Assembly: GCF_009834535.1 (NCBI RefSeq)
Contig: NC_045696.1
Location: 3,660,001 to 3,724,000, forward strand
DNA length: 64,000 nt
Origin: Camelus ferus
Taxonomy: Eukaryota
Direction of reading: 5' to 3'
Position numbers and translations under genes: made by a program. Under the pieces are notes generated by a model. That model was not told the origin of the DNA, made no database searches, and saw nothing but the letters and a program-made list of their open reading frames with translations. Numbering within the stretch: the first letter of the stretch is position 1; the number at the start of each line of letters is the position of its first letter. This document shows, one piece after another, positions 52,611 through 64,000 of this stretch.

Positions 52611-55600
52611 AATTGCCATGTGGGGATCTGGGCTTTGTGAGTTAGTTAGACTCCGTTCGACTTACTTAGTAATTTACTTTGGAGCACAAATTGGTGTAAG
52701 GCGGTAATTATCACTGGGCGCCGGGGCTCTTAAGCCTCGGCGCTCTCTGGCTTGGGCCTGGCGGTGCAGTGGGGTCTGGCGGTGCAGTGGGGTCTGGCAG
52801 GCGGCCCCGGGTCCCTGTTCCAGAGCCCAGCGCTTCCTCGCTGCCCGTTCTCCTTTTCGCTGACTTAATTTCGTCCGACCCTCTGGGGAGGGGCCTGGCA
52901 CTAACCCGCTTTGTGGCCAAGCCACAGCGCCTCCTGGACCCCAGATTCCCCGTACAAAAGCTGGATTGCCACCTGCCTGTCCCTCCACAAGTGGGGTGCT
53001 CTTAATGAAGTTAAGTTAATGAAGTTAACCTCCGCAAGTTAGTGAAGACAGTTGGAAAGAACAAGAGCTGCCCCAGTTAAATTCGGACCTTGGGCTGTGG
53101 TCTGTGCATAATTTTAGGGGTAGGGTAGAAGGACGGTCTTGAGAAACAGCTCTTTTTTTGGGAATGGGGGATGTTCACCATTTACGACTGCATTTTAAAA
53201 ACTGATATATAAGCTTCAATTGAGCACATTTAAATTACTTATCCTTTGGTGAAATTTGCATCGTACTTGGAAGTTATGTGGTGTTTATGTTCTGTATGGA
53301 GACCCTCACTCCCACCCCTTATACAGTCAGCCCCCAACACAAGTAGACTCCTTTTAAATACTGCACAACCTTTGCTGTCTCAGAGACCTGGCTTCTGATC
53401 CGGCCTCCAAAGCCCAGCTTTCCCCTGGTAGGACGGCGTTGACGCTCATCCCCGGATGAGAGTGCAGTCATGGTTGGGAGGAAGCCCCCTGCCCTCAGCG
53501 GCTTTGCGTTTCCATCCTGGCCTATTGGTGGCTTTTTGCTCTAAGCTGCAAACCCAGTGTTTCTTGGGAACTTCAGTAGAGTGGTGACCCATGTCGTAGA
53601 GATTTCACTAACTCAAAGGTGAGATGCTTGTGAAATAAGCTCTTACTCCCCTCTCTGTGCTTCGGATTCTGGGAAGTTCTCAGGCCAGGAGGGGCGCTGT
53701 GGTTATTTTGATGAAATCCAAACCACTTTGAAAGCCAGCCAGTGGTTAGATCCTGAAAGGCAGCACTCCTGCCGCCGCCGTGTGCGTGTTTTTATGCTCT
53801 TGGGGACGCTCGCTTGTCTGATGGAGTCTTCTGGCCGATTTAGTCGTCAGCGGAGCTTTGCACACCAATGTCTTGTGTTGGAAGAGCGTAGTAAACAAGC
53901 GTGTCCCCAGGCTGACTCATGAGCCTCCATCCCCGGAATCTGTTGTTCTCAGCGTCCAGACCCTTGTTTCTTGGGTGGCCCAGTTGGAGGGAGGATTTCT
54001 CCACTTGAGGCGGGCCACTTAGGATCTTGCATAGCCTGGTTGAAAAGTGTTTTGTCCTTTACCTGGAAGGCCTTCTTGCCCTGCCCGAAACAGGCAGGTG
54101 GTGGCATGTGCTGGGCAGCTGGGTCCAGGTCAGCATCGCCCAACAGGAAGATGTTCACCTCTGGCACTTTGCCGGGCCGGGTAGAGCCGGCTGGAGTTCT
54201 GCGTGAGCAGCCAGGCCGATTTCTCTGCCTGAGAGGATGGTCAGACCCCTGCTCTTTGTAAAGAAAACTCTTCTAGGTTACTGATTGACTGCCTTTGGTC
54301 TGAGGTGCTCACTAGGCATCTGTGACAGTCCCGCTGTGGTGCGGGAGGAGCTGGTTGCGTTGGGTCTTGTGGGTCGCATCTCCACCCCGACGTGGTGGTG
54401 GTGCCACCCGTCCTGCCAGGTTGGGCAGGGTGGTCTCAGTGCCCTTTGATGAGCTGCCTGCCACCCTCACCCTTCTATCTGCAGGATGCTTCCTGGAGTG
54501 GGGAAGAGGATTTTCCTGGGGCTCCTGGGTGCAGCCCCCAGCCCTGTAGCCCTCCCTGCCAAGTCTTGTCTCACCCCCGCCATGAGGGCCTGGCCTTTCC
54601 TCTCCCAGGGTCTCCACCACTGGTTACCTGGGGACCCAGCACAGGTGCAGGTGTGGCTCAGACTCATTTTCACCAGCTGCTTTTCCCTCTGGCCAGACTG
54701 GGGCCTTCTGGCCCCTCGCTGCTTCACTGGCCCCCGTCTTCATGCCCCTCCTTGGCCACAGCAGGGCCTGATCCCTACCCCCAACCTCGGGCTCCTTGGA
54801 GTGGCAGGTGCCCCAGGCCACGTGGAAAATTACGGGGCTGCCAGTTCCCAGAGACTCCTTGAGGTTCCCAGGGGGCAGAGAAACGGCTTCCAAGTGGCTT
54901 CCATGGGCACTTCAGGGAGGTCACAAATGACGCCCTATTGGTTTGCATTCCCACTCCCTTATGGGCACGTCTGGTGGCTTTGGGGAGATGTGTGGCTGCC
55001 CTGGCTGACCCTCTTTAGGGGATCATGAGAGCTTAGGCAGGGTCTAGTGAGGGGGGAGCATTTCCATTTAGGAGAGAACTAAGCCCCAGAGGCCCCGTTC
55101 CTCCAGCACCCACTCCTGCCGGAGAGGAAGCCCAGAATGCCTGTGCGCCGGCAGCTGCTGCGTGATCGCAGCAGCTAGTCGGGGCGAGCCTGAGCAAACC
55201 CCGGGTGTGCAGGGACAGAGCTGACGATGGACAAGCCCGGTTCTTGTCGGTTTTAAAAATAGCAGTGTGGGAACCCCTTGCAGGCTCCCTGGGAACAGGA
55301 CTGGATTGGTGCTCAGTCAGAGGGCCTGGCCGAGAGGCATCAGCTAACAAATGATTAAACCATTTTTCCTGCTGCCTCTTCCCAAAGGTGGTTCCCAGGT
55401 TTCTCCTTCTGAGGAGCTCTCTGTTAGCAGGCGCCCTTGCCCGCTCCTGGTCCTTTCCCTTCTTCCCCCAGTTTCCTGCTGCTCCACTCCCCCAGGGCCG
55501 TTTTCTGACCCTTCCGAGGGACATGCCTCCAGGAAGCTGCCTTCTCCCGTTGGGTGTCTTTGGTCTTTGGAATTTCTGACCGAGCTCAGAGGAGAACCCT

Positions 55601-57577
55601 GTGACTTCTCCAGAAAGTGTCTTTTAGAAATAATCAGCCTGGTTTTATGTCTCATATTTCTTCCTACCCAGATACCCTCCCTGGGCTGGGGAAAATACAC
55701 TTTGGCCAGCTGTGAATAATGAGAAGAAAAACTGAACTGATGTCAGTGCTTTTGAGAAAGTATCTTCAACAAGCTGAACCCCGACTCGATCCCATTAATG
55801 CCCAGAGATTTGGCATCTAGGACCAAGGTGGGTGGGGTGGGGGTGCTTTCCCCATTCCTGCTGGGAAACAGACTTAGCAACCCTTCCCCAAAGGGGAGAA
55901 AGGAGATGTGTTTGCAGTGATTACAGGAGCGATGGTGCCAGCCCTGCTGAATTGTGCCCAGTCGTAGGAACGCTTTTAGCACGTCACCATTTTGAGGCTG
56001 TTTAGTTAGGACCGATGTCAGTGGACTCGGGTTGCCTGGAGCTTCACTCCCAACCATACAGAGTGGGGTTTGATGATGATGCCGCCGACCATGACGAGAC
56101 TGGGCGCCTGGGGATCCCTGCGCTCCCCAGCCCCCGCCCACACCTGGGCTCTGGGGCTGGTTTGAAAATCTCTCCAGGTCCTAAAGTAGTAATGGTCATC
56201 ACAGTAACTGATCTCCAGCTCCGTTTGTGTTGTTGTCAGCGTGAACCAGAAACACTGCTTCCAGGGAAAGTATATTTAATAACATACTTGATGAAAAATG
56301 ATGCCATTGATGAAAAAGCAGTGGTTTTATGTGTGCAAGGACTATCCAGCTTTCTTCCGGCAGCTCCCGGAGAGGGCCCTTTCCAGGCTTAATTGAATTG
56401 CAGGTGCCACTATGTGTGTGGGGGTGGGGGATGGGGGATGAGGGCAGGGGTCCCAGCAGGGTGTCACAGGGGCAGTTGAAGAAAGGCCCAGAGGATGGGG
56501 TGGCTTGGATTTCAGCCCAGCAGTTACTGGAATGTAAACGGGATGAACCAGGCCGGTGCGAAGCGACTCCCTCTGTGTCCCCGGGATCCCCTTCCTCGCC
56601 CCAGAGGGGTGCAGTCACTGGCGGTGTCCTCTGCTCTAAGGCGTTTCTGACTGAGCTGTTGTGGAGAAGGTGATTTATCCCTGGAAACAAGACTTGTTTT
56701 CCAGGATAGCTGGTTCTCCTCCACGAAATGTCTTGGGATGTGTGGTCAGTGGTGCTAAGCCTGCCTGGCCTTTGTTCCAAAGACGGCATGGGCTGACTTT
56801 TTTTTTTTTTTAACTGAGGTAAATGGGATTTCTTTTTGGTGGAAAGGGCCTGGGGCAGGGGAGAGAGCAGTGAACTAGCTGAACTCTGCTGGCGGGGCTG
56901 GCGGGGCTGGCGGAGGGAGGACTGATGTGCTGCCAGCGGCTCTTCAGAGCCGCCGATGAGCTCAGCCAGCAGAAGTCACCTGGGTTTTACGTATTACTCG
57001 CTTTGGGCAAATGGAAGCAAACACTTTATTTGCCAAGAGGCTCAGAGCCTCACTTGCTAAGACCTTTGGCCTCATGGCCTCAGTGTAATTGACCTCGGCC
57101 TTAGTGTAATTGCACACCTCCTCACCGCTCAGGCAGGTTGGCGTGGGGGCCTTGCTCTCAGAATGCCCTGACAGCTCAGGGCCTCTAAGCCTGTGGGCTG
57201 GGAGGGCGCCTCCCACTGGCTTCCGGTGGAAGTGGTCTCTGTCCGTCCTGCAGGATGCAGGCCAGTGCCACAGTGGTGCTGTGCACTGGACTTACACTGG
57301 TGGGAAGTGGTGGCACGCCAGCTCGTTAAATGAAAGGAACAGACAGATCACAAAACTGATTCTTTTTTTTCCTTTTTCAGTTTTATTAGCTAGAATTATT
57401 ACAGTCTGACTGCACACACACATTATATTGCATGTAAATACATATATACAATATACTGCACAATTTTTTTAGTTTACATGTGTGTACTGATCATTGTTTC
57501 TAAGAATAGAGCATTAGCTACAAAACTGATTCTTAACATAGAAACCAGAAGCAGCAGCAGTGCTGATCTCCCCACAG

Positions 57578-57630
57578 CAGCCTGGGGATGAGCAACAGCC
57601 TGCGGATGAGCAACAGCCTGCGGATGAGCA
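57578..57630 (+). repeat. 18-bp tandem repeat x3 (cagcctgcggatgagcaa) in RIPK4 intron 1
   Basis: Direct reading; first copy differs at one base. Confidence 0.9.
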
Positions 57631-58729
57631 TTGGAGTGCAGTCAGTGTGGATGGCCGGAGGTCTTCCAGGAGGAGGAGGAGGGAGGTGGGCCCGAAGGTG
57701 CCACGCTCTCTCTGCTTCTTGAGTGACTGCCTTTATGATGCTTGACCTCTGCATCCTGTCCTCTCTTCTTTCAGATGTCCTTCAAGACCGGGGGGCAGGT
57801 CGGGGTCTGCCTCCCTATGGTCCTGGAGCCCAGCAAGCCCTGTGGCCACAGGGGAGGGGCTGGCCGGCTTGGGCCAGGCCCCTGAGCCCGCAGCTTCCGC
57901 AGGAGGGTGGGAGCAGCCCTTAGGCCCGGGGAACCCCAGGGGCTCTTGTGAGCATCTTACTTTCCACTGAGTGCTAAGAAAGCAAGTATGCTCAGCTCAG
58001 CTTTATTTTCAGTAATGTCAGGATTCACTCCTGAGACCTGTCTCACTCGTTCCCGACCCCAGTGGGATTCTTTTGCTCCTTGAGCCTGTTTAGAACCACT
58101 CTTGTCCCCCACCCCACAATCCCTCCTGCTGCTTCCATAAATGGGAACCCCCCCCCCCGCCTCCCTGCCCCGGGACTCCCAGTAGAGATCTGGGCTCACC
58201 TTTGCTACCCCTCTCTTCTCAGCCCAGTCGATCACCAGCCTTCATGGTTCTGCCCCCACAGTTGTGCCCTGTGTCCGGCTTCCTCCCTCCCCACCTCGGG
58301 CAACAGGGCCCTGGGGACCACCCTGAGTGCATCATGGCCGTGAGTGGCCCCTGGCCTGGGCTCCCGTGCGGGAGTGGGGCTCTGACCTCCTCGTGAGCCC
58401 TGTCTGCTGCCCTTGGCCCACTTGAGTTAGGGACCCTTCATTAAACTTCCCCTGGCCCCGCCTCTGCTTAAAAGTACTCAGATCTTCAACTACACTTTTG
58501 TGTGTAATTTTCCGTCTTCTGCCCTAGAAGGTAAACGTCACGGAAGTGGGGAAGGGGTCTCTTTTCTCATTGGTTCTGACGTCTAGCGGATGCTCAGTAA
58601 ATAACTGTCAATAAGTGAATTTTAATCAGATGCAGATCAAAATGAAAATAAATGCTGGGAGCACTTAAGTGGGCGGTTCCAGTCTGTTGTGGTTGGTTTT
58701 AAATTGGGCTGAGAATGCGTTAGCTCTGT

Positions 58730-58946
58730 ACCAGGGGATGTCGCGGTTGGCACTCTTGGCATAGGGGGCCGTTTAGTTCCTTGCCTTGGGGACTGTCCTG
58801 TGCACTGCTGTGCTGGGGGTCGAGCAGCACTCCTGGCCTCTACCCAGTGGATGCGGTGAGCAGCCCCCAGGTGTGACAACCACAGTGTCTCCAGGCAGCG
58901 CCCCATGTCCCCTCGGGGCCAAGCTGCCCCTAGGTGAGAACCACTA
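58730..58946 (-). mobile_element. MER20-like hAT-Charlie MITE
   Basis: gactgtcctgtgcactg...cctggcctctacccagtggatgc...gtgacaacc...tgagaaccact. Confidence 0.7.
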
Positions 58947-59692
58947 GTCTATACCCAGGGATGTTCTCGTGAGACACCCACCTCAACAAGGGCTCCCCTG
59001 GGGCTCCCGGCCCAGGTGCAGGGGCCGGGCGGGCAGGCCGAGGTGGCCCTGTGGGGGTTTTCCCAGCGAGAGCCCTCGCAGACAGAGCTGGGTGCCGTCT
59101 GCCGTGGACTTTGGTGCACAGTGTGGTGCGGCTCCCCTTGCTGCCGACCTCCTCCCGAGGAGATGCTTTTGTAGCTTTAAGGGCAGCCTTGGAGCATGTT
59201 GTGGTCCCAGGAGTTCAGATCCATAAGAAACAGGCTTGTTTTCTTGGTAGTTTCAGATTGATGCAAGTGCAGGTGGGGCGGGCAGGTGCACCCAAGTTCT
59301 GGAAGAGCCTTGGGCCCCTTGGTGGGTTATGGGCTGGATGGCTTGTGTGGGAATCTGCATTTTGGGGGTCCCTGAGGCCGCTCCAGCTGCTGCCTGCCTC
59401 AATTCACAGCTCCAACAGCTGTGTGGTTCTAGACTGTTCTTTAGGAGCTTACAAGAAAGCAGGTTCGCAGCACCCACCCAGAGCCCGTTCTCCAGGAGCC
59501 GGGCCGGGAATCTGCATTTCAGCCAGCTCCCGCGTGCTCTCTCTGGTGCTTGAGCGCAGGTCAGGCCCTGTCCTGTGGGATTCGGCTTCTTTTCCTAAAT
59601 GCACTCAGACTTTGACCGGTCATGATGACACTGACCGAGGCCCTGGGTTCTAGTCCGTGAAGCGATGGGCTGCACCGGGAAGTGGCCTCAGA

Positions 59693-59860
59693 CCGGGGTT
59701 GGCACACTTTCTGTGAAGGGCAGACAGGAAATCCCTCAGGCCCTGCAGGCTGCAGGCTCTGTTACAGCTGCACATCTCGGCCTCGAGAGCAGAAGCCCAG
59801 CCCATCCGGACGTGGGTGGGCGAGACTGCCTTCTGGTCAGTTTCTTTCCAAGACACATGA
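59693..59860. mobile_element. MER58A-like hAT MITE
   Basis: ccggggttggcacactttctgtgaagggcagacaggaaat... resembles the recalled MER58A end. Confidence 0.55.
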
Positions 59861-59879
59861 GGTTCCACAGGACAAGGCC

Positions 59880-60552
59880 GCTCTGCCCCTAGGAGTGTCT
59901 CCCAAAGAACTGAAAGCAGGGGCTTGAACACATGTTTGAGCACCTGAGTGTCCAGATGTACAACAGCATTAGTCACAGTAGCCAGAAGTGGAAACAGCCC
60001 AAGTGCCACCCGCAGGTGAGTGGGTAAACACAACGTGGTGTGTTCAAACAATGGAGTATGATTCAGCCATAGAAAGAGTGAGGTTTAGGGGGAAAGGGAG
60101 AGCTCAGTGGTAGTGCTTACTTAGCATGCACGCGGTCCTGGGTTCAATCCTCAGGACCTCCATTAAATAAATAAACTGAATTTCCTCCCCCCACCAAAAA
60201 TCTTTTTAAGAGGAAAGTCAGGTTTTGATCTGTGCTCCAAAACGGGTGGACCTTGAAAACATAATGATGAGTGAAATAAGCCAGTTAGTAAAGGACAAAG
60301 GTGCACGATTCCCCTTGCCTGAGGTCTCCCAGGCAGGCAAATCCATAGAGGCGGAAAGTGGAAAAGAGGTTAGGAGGGGCGGGGGGTGGTACCGCTGGGC
60401 GGGTGCGGAGCTTTCCTGGGGATGATGAGAAAGCTTTGGGTGTAGAGAGATGATGGTTGCGCAACATTGTGAGTATGGGGATGTGCAGCCTGTGAACTGC
60501 ACTTACGAATGATTAAGATGGTAAATGGTGTGTTACGTCTATTTTACTACCA
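59880..60552 (+). mobile_element. Old L1 (L1MB-like) 3' region interrupted by a SINE
   Basis: aaagaactgaaagcaggg, ggaaacagcccaagtg, ccttgaaaacataatgatgagtgaaataagccag motifs. Confidence 0.75.
60088..60200 (+). mobile_element. tRNA-Ala-derived SINE inserted into an older L1M fragment
   Basis: agctcagtggtag...cctgggttcaatcc, aaat repeats and tail. Confidence 0.8.
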
Positions 60553-61115
60553 GTTAATTTGGCTTTTTAACAAAGGAGGCTTTGGGCAGCGCCCTGCAGA
60601 CCCTGCTTTAGACCAGGGCTCCGTTCATTCCCGTGCGGGCTTGGAGTCAGGAAGGCCTGGGCTGGGATGGGCTTTGCAGAGAAGGCGGCGGCGTTCTCTG
60701 GATGGAAACTTCGTTACAGCTTTTAGACAAACCTGTCTTCTCTTCCCTCATCCCAAGAGAAGGGCTTGCTGGCGTCAGCCCCCTCATCTGAGGCCGGAGC
60801 CCGCACGGGCTCAGTGCTCCCTGAGGCTTTTCAGATAATAATTGGAATCTCTCTCCTCCTCACTTATAATAACCCCGCGATGCCTACGTGTGTTTGAATG
60901 GCTGTGGGACTGAAGACGTGGGAAGGCCCAGGATTTAACTACGCGATGTTAAATTGAGCTCCGTGTGTGTTCGCGCTCACCTGCACTTGTACGTACCTGT
61001 ACCTGCATTTTAGTAACTTTCTCAGCCGAGTGCAGCTGGTTGTCTCTTAGCCACGGCGCCTCGTGTCAGTGGCTGGGTGACCACTGCAGGTTCCTGACAC
61101 CTTTACCTTTTCCAG

Positions 61116-61407
61116 GGAGCGCATGGAACTTTTGGAAGAAGCCAAGAAGATGGAGATGGCCAAGTTTCGCTACATCCTGCCGGTGTACGGCATTTGCCGC
61201 GAGCCCGTGGGCCTGGTCATGGAGTACATGGAGACGGGCTCCCTGGAGAAGCTGCTGGCCTCGGAGCCGCTGCCGTGGGACCTGCGCTTCCGTATCATCC
61301 ACGAGACCGCGGTGGGCATGAACTTTCTGCACTGCATGTCCCCGCCCCTCCTCCACCTGGACCTCAAGCCTGCAAACATCCTGCTGGACGCCCACTACCA
61401 CGTCAAG
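61116..61407 (+). CDS. RIPK4: RIPK4 coding exon 2 ([12 protein letters not shown]...[18 protein letters not shown])
   Basis: ccttttccag acceptor, gtaggc donor; catalytic loop HLDLKPAN; in phase with exon 1; rest of gene lies beyond the window. Confidence 0.97.
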
Positions 61408-64000
61408 GTAGGCGCGTACCGGGACTGGGTGGGGATGCTCTGAGGGCGGGCGGCAGGTACAGGGGAGGTGGTGGAAACTCAAGGTCAGCGCGAGGGTGGA
61501 AGAGGGCGCAGGTCTGCTTGTGGGAAAGAGCTGGAAGCAGAGGCCTCTGCATGAGGACTCCCGGAACCCCCAGCCTTGCCAAGGTTGGTATAGACACCAC
61601 AAAGTGGGTAGCTGGCAAATGGACTCTTAGGAACATGGGTTGCTCCCCCAAGTCCTGCAGCAGGACTCTCGGTGCTGGGTGCCCTGGAAAAGGAGGTTGT
61701 GGGTGTGTGGATTCTAGCCTTAGTGGCTATCCTATGGAATCAGGTTAGAAAGCAGACTGCGTGGGCTGTCTCTGTGTGGCACCGGGTCGGGGCTGTGTTT
61801 CCCCACCGTGGTTCCTGGGGTCGGGGTGGCAGGAATATCGGGGTGCTCTGAAACAGGCTGCAGGGTGTCATGGAGAGAGACTCTGAAGGGGTCCTTCTGT
61901 TCTCTTCATGCAGAGCCTGTGAACTCTGTTCTTCCTGTTGGATAAGTTTATAAAGTAGAAAAGTATGAGGGATATTGTAACCAAAACCCAGGGACCGGCT
62001 CCCGGAGTTGGCCCTTGTTAACGTTACCAGGTTCGTGTTTCTTTGAAGATGTCTCTCCCTTGGAGGCTGTCGTGTCCTTGTCGTGGGCAGCATGTGCCGT
62101 GGATTTTCCTACGTGGTGATGTTCACATGCTTGGGAGGCCCGGGTTCTAGGCTGGTCCACCGGCCGAGGTCGCCCATCCCTCAGGACAGCGAATAGATGG
62201 GAAGGGCCCGCTCACCGTGGCCCAGGTCCACTCTGGCTCACGGCGTGGGATGGGCTGTGCTGTTCTAGGCTGCACAGCACTGCAGGCCCCCCTGTGGGCC
62301 TCAGGAGGAGGGGGACCTGAACTCCGTCTGGCCCTGCCCCTCAGCATCCTCCCCCGTGGAGGGGGAGCTGGGACGACAGCACGCACATGGCTGTTTCCTG
62401 CACCCTGACTTTGCCAGGCACAGCGCTCTGGCCGGTGGGGAAGTCAGGTTTCACGTCGGACACTAATTACAAGGTGTCCTTCAGGAGGTGTCGCTCACTA
62501 ATAAGATTTTACCCAGGAGCTGGGAGTGCCGTCCACTAAAGTGAAGCAGGGAATTAAGAAAAAAGCGTCAAATTGGTGGTTCCCGGTCCGCCCGAGTTCT
62601 AGCATGCCCAGAATCCTGTCTCCTTCTGGTGGGGTGCTGGCTCCACCGTTGCACTGGAACGCACCTGTCTCAGAGGCTGCTGCTGATCGCACCAGGTGCT
62701 CGGACAGGTGTGTCCATAGTCCCATCTCTCTGAGCTGTCTTTTCAGAGTCACCGACTGTCGTTGGCCTGGCTGGGCTTTTATTTCAACTCATTCCCTTTC
62801 CACTGTCCCTGCCACTCTCCTGACAGTCACGTGGGATGTCTGGAGCACGAGTCTGTCCCTCAGAGGACCGCAGTGCCTCTTCCTTCCAGCATCCTTCCCT
62901 GGAGCACAGCCCTGCCGTGGCCCTGGTGGGCAGGAGGGTGGCCCTGGTGGGCAGGGGGGTGGCCTTGGTGCTGGGGGCCTCCATGCCTGGCACGTGGCAG
63001 TGCTCGGTGAGGGCTGGGGCCGGGGGTATTTTGTGGCCTGTCACGGTCCTGTCGCCCACACCAGGACGGGGACCCTCGCCCAGGGCTGGCGCACAGCAGG
63101 GAGGCGCGTGCTGCTTGCCGGGCACTAGGCTGCTCCCTGCGGGGGCCGCCTCTGCGCGGGCTCTTGAGGTCCCTCGGCTTGAGTGCTTTCTCCTTCCTCC
63201 GCGTGTTGGCACCCGGCGTGGCAGGCCTGACGCTTTGTGGCAGTTTCAGGAAGTGGGTGAAGATTCCTTAAAGGACCTGGGGTAGCCAGGAACAGTCTCC
63301 ACTGACGGGGAGGGGGTGACACTGTAGCTTTGAGGGGGTGGCACCCGGCACTGGCCCCAGGTTCCTGAGAGCCCTGAGAGGCTGGAAGTGCACTTTTCCG
63401 TGACGAGTCAGTCACACGCACATCCCCCTCAAACAGAAAATGTGTTTCCATGACGTGTTTGATCCTCAGGAGCCACTCATTGGCTGCAGAGGCCGGTGGG
63501 AATCTTTGAGTTTCTGGGCAGTTTTTAGTTAGCAGTTATTTGAAGCAATAAAACTTATAATCTGGAATCTTGAAATAAGATAAAAAGTTGTCACTCCACG
63601 ACCCTTTCCCCTGGTCCCTCAAGATGACGTTTTTGTTCTTAGGTAGGATGATTGGAACTGAAAATTTCACAGCAACCACCTATTTGCAAAATATATTAAA
63701 AGCACTTAATATGAAATTAATGTTTGATATTAAGTATACGAAATGTCACTGTTAAAATATTAATTTTTGTATCAGTAGTAAACCCTTTTTGAATTGATAA
63801 TGAAGTAACTGGATTTAAAATCTCAAGCTGCTTTTGTGGCCCAGTTCGGCCGCACCAGACTGTTCTCCAAAGAACACCAGGGATCCTGTTCTCAGTGGTC
63901 CAGAATGGCCTTTCTCGCCAAGGCGGCCCTGCCCTGCCCGGGCCCTTAATTGGTGTCATCCGGCTGGGCCTGGAGCGGGAAGGAAGGGCCGTGTCTTGGG

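Noticed and set aside
57578..57630. Short direct-repeat array (possible CRISPR-like or coding QQPADE repeat)
   Set aside because: No spacers, eukaryotic intron, no splice signals; an ordinary minisatellite.
61408..64000. RIPK4 exon 3 (expected ISDFGLA motif)
   Set aside because: No DFG-containing exon found; it probably lies beyond the window.

Overview
Mammalian genomic DNA, probably camelid (inferred from tRNA-Ala-derived Vic-1-like SINEs). The + strand carries the 3' part of PRDM15: 13 coding exons from 2692 to 23152, with 13 C2H2 zinc fingers, a C-terminal Thr/Pro/Gln-rich tail and a 3' UTR ending near 25.6 kb. About 26 kb of repeat-rich intergenic DNA follows, then the CpG-island promoter and first two coding exons of RIPK4 (51971-52152, 61116-61407). 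This PRDM15-RIPK4 order matches human 21q22.3 as I recall it. I see no new protein-coding system; most ORFs in the track are GC-rich noise or repeat-derived. The most notable observations: (1) a 5'-inverted L1 with an intact target-site duplication (TSD) that lacks most of ORF2 (34244-37218); (2) a 19/20 p53/p63 element among AP-1/CRE sites about 20 kb upstream of RIPK4; (3) four L1 3' fragments truncated within the same ~20-nt motif; (4) serial retrotransposon insertions at one target site; (5) atypical PRDM15 splice sites and 3'-UTR motifs. Repeat-family names come from recalled consensus sequences and need RepeatMasker/Dfam confirmation.
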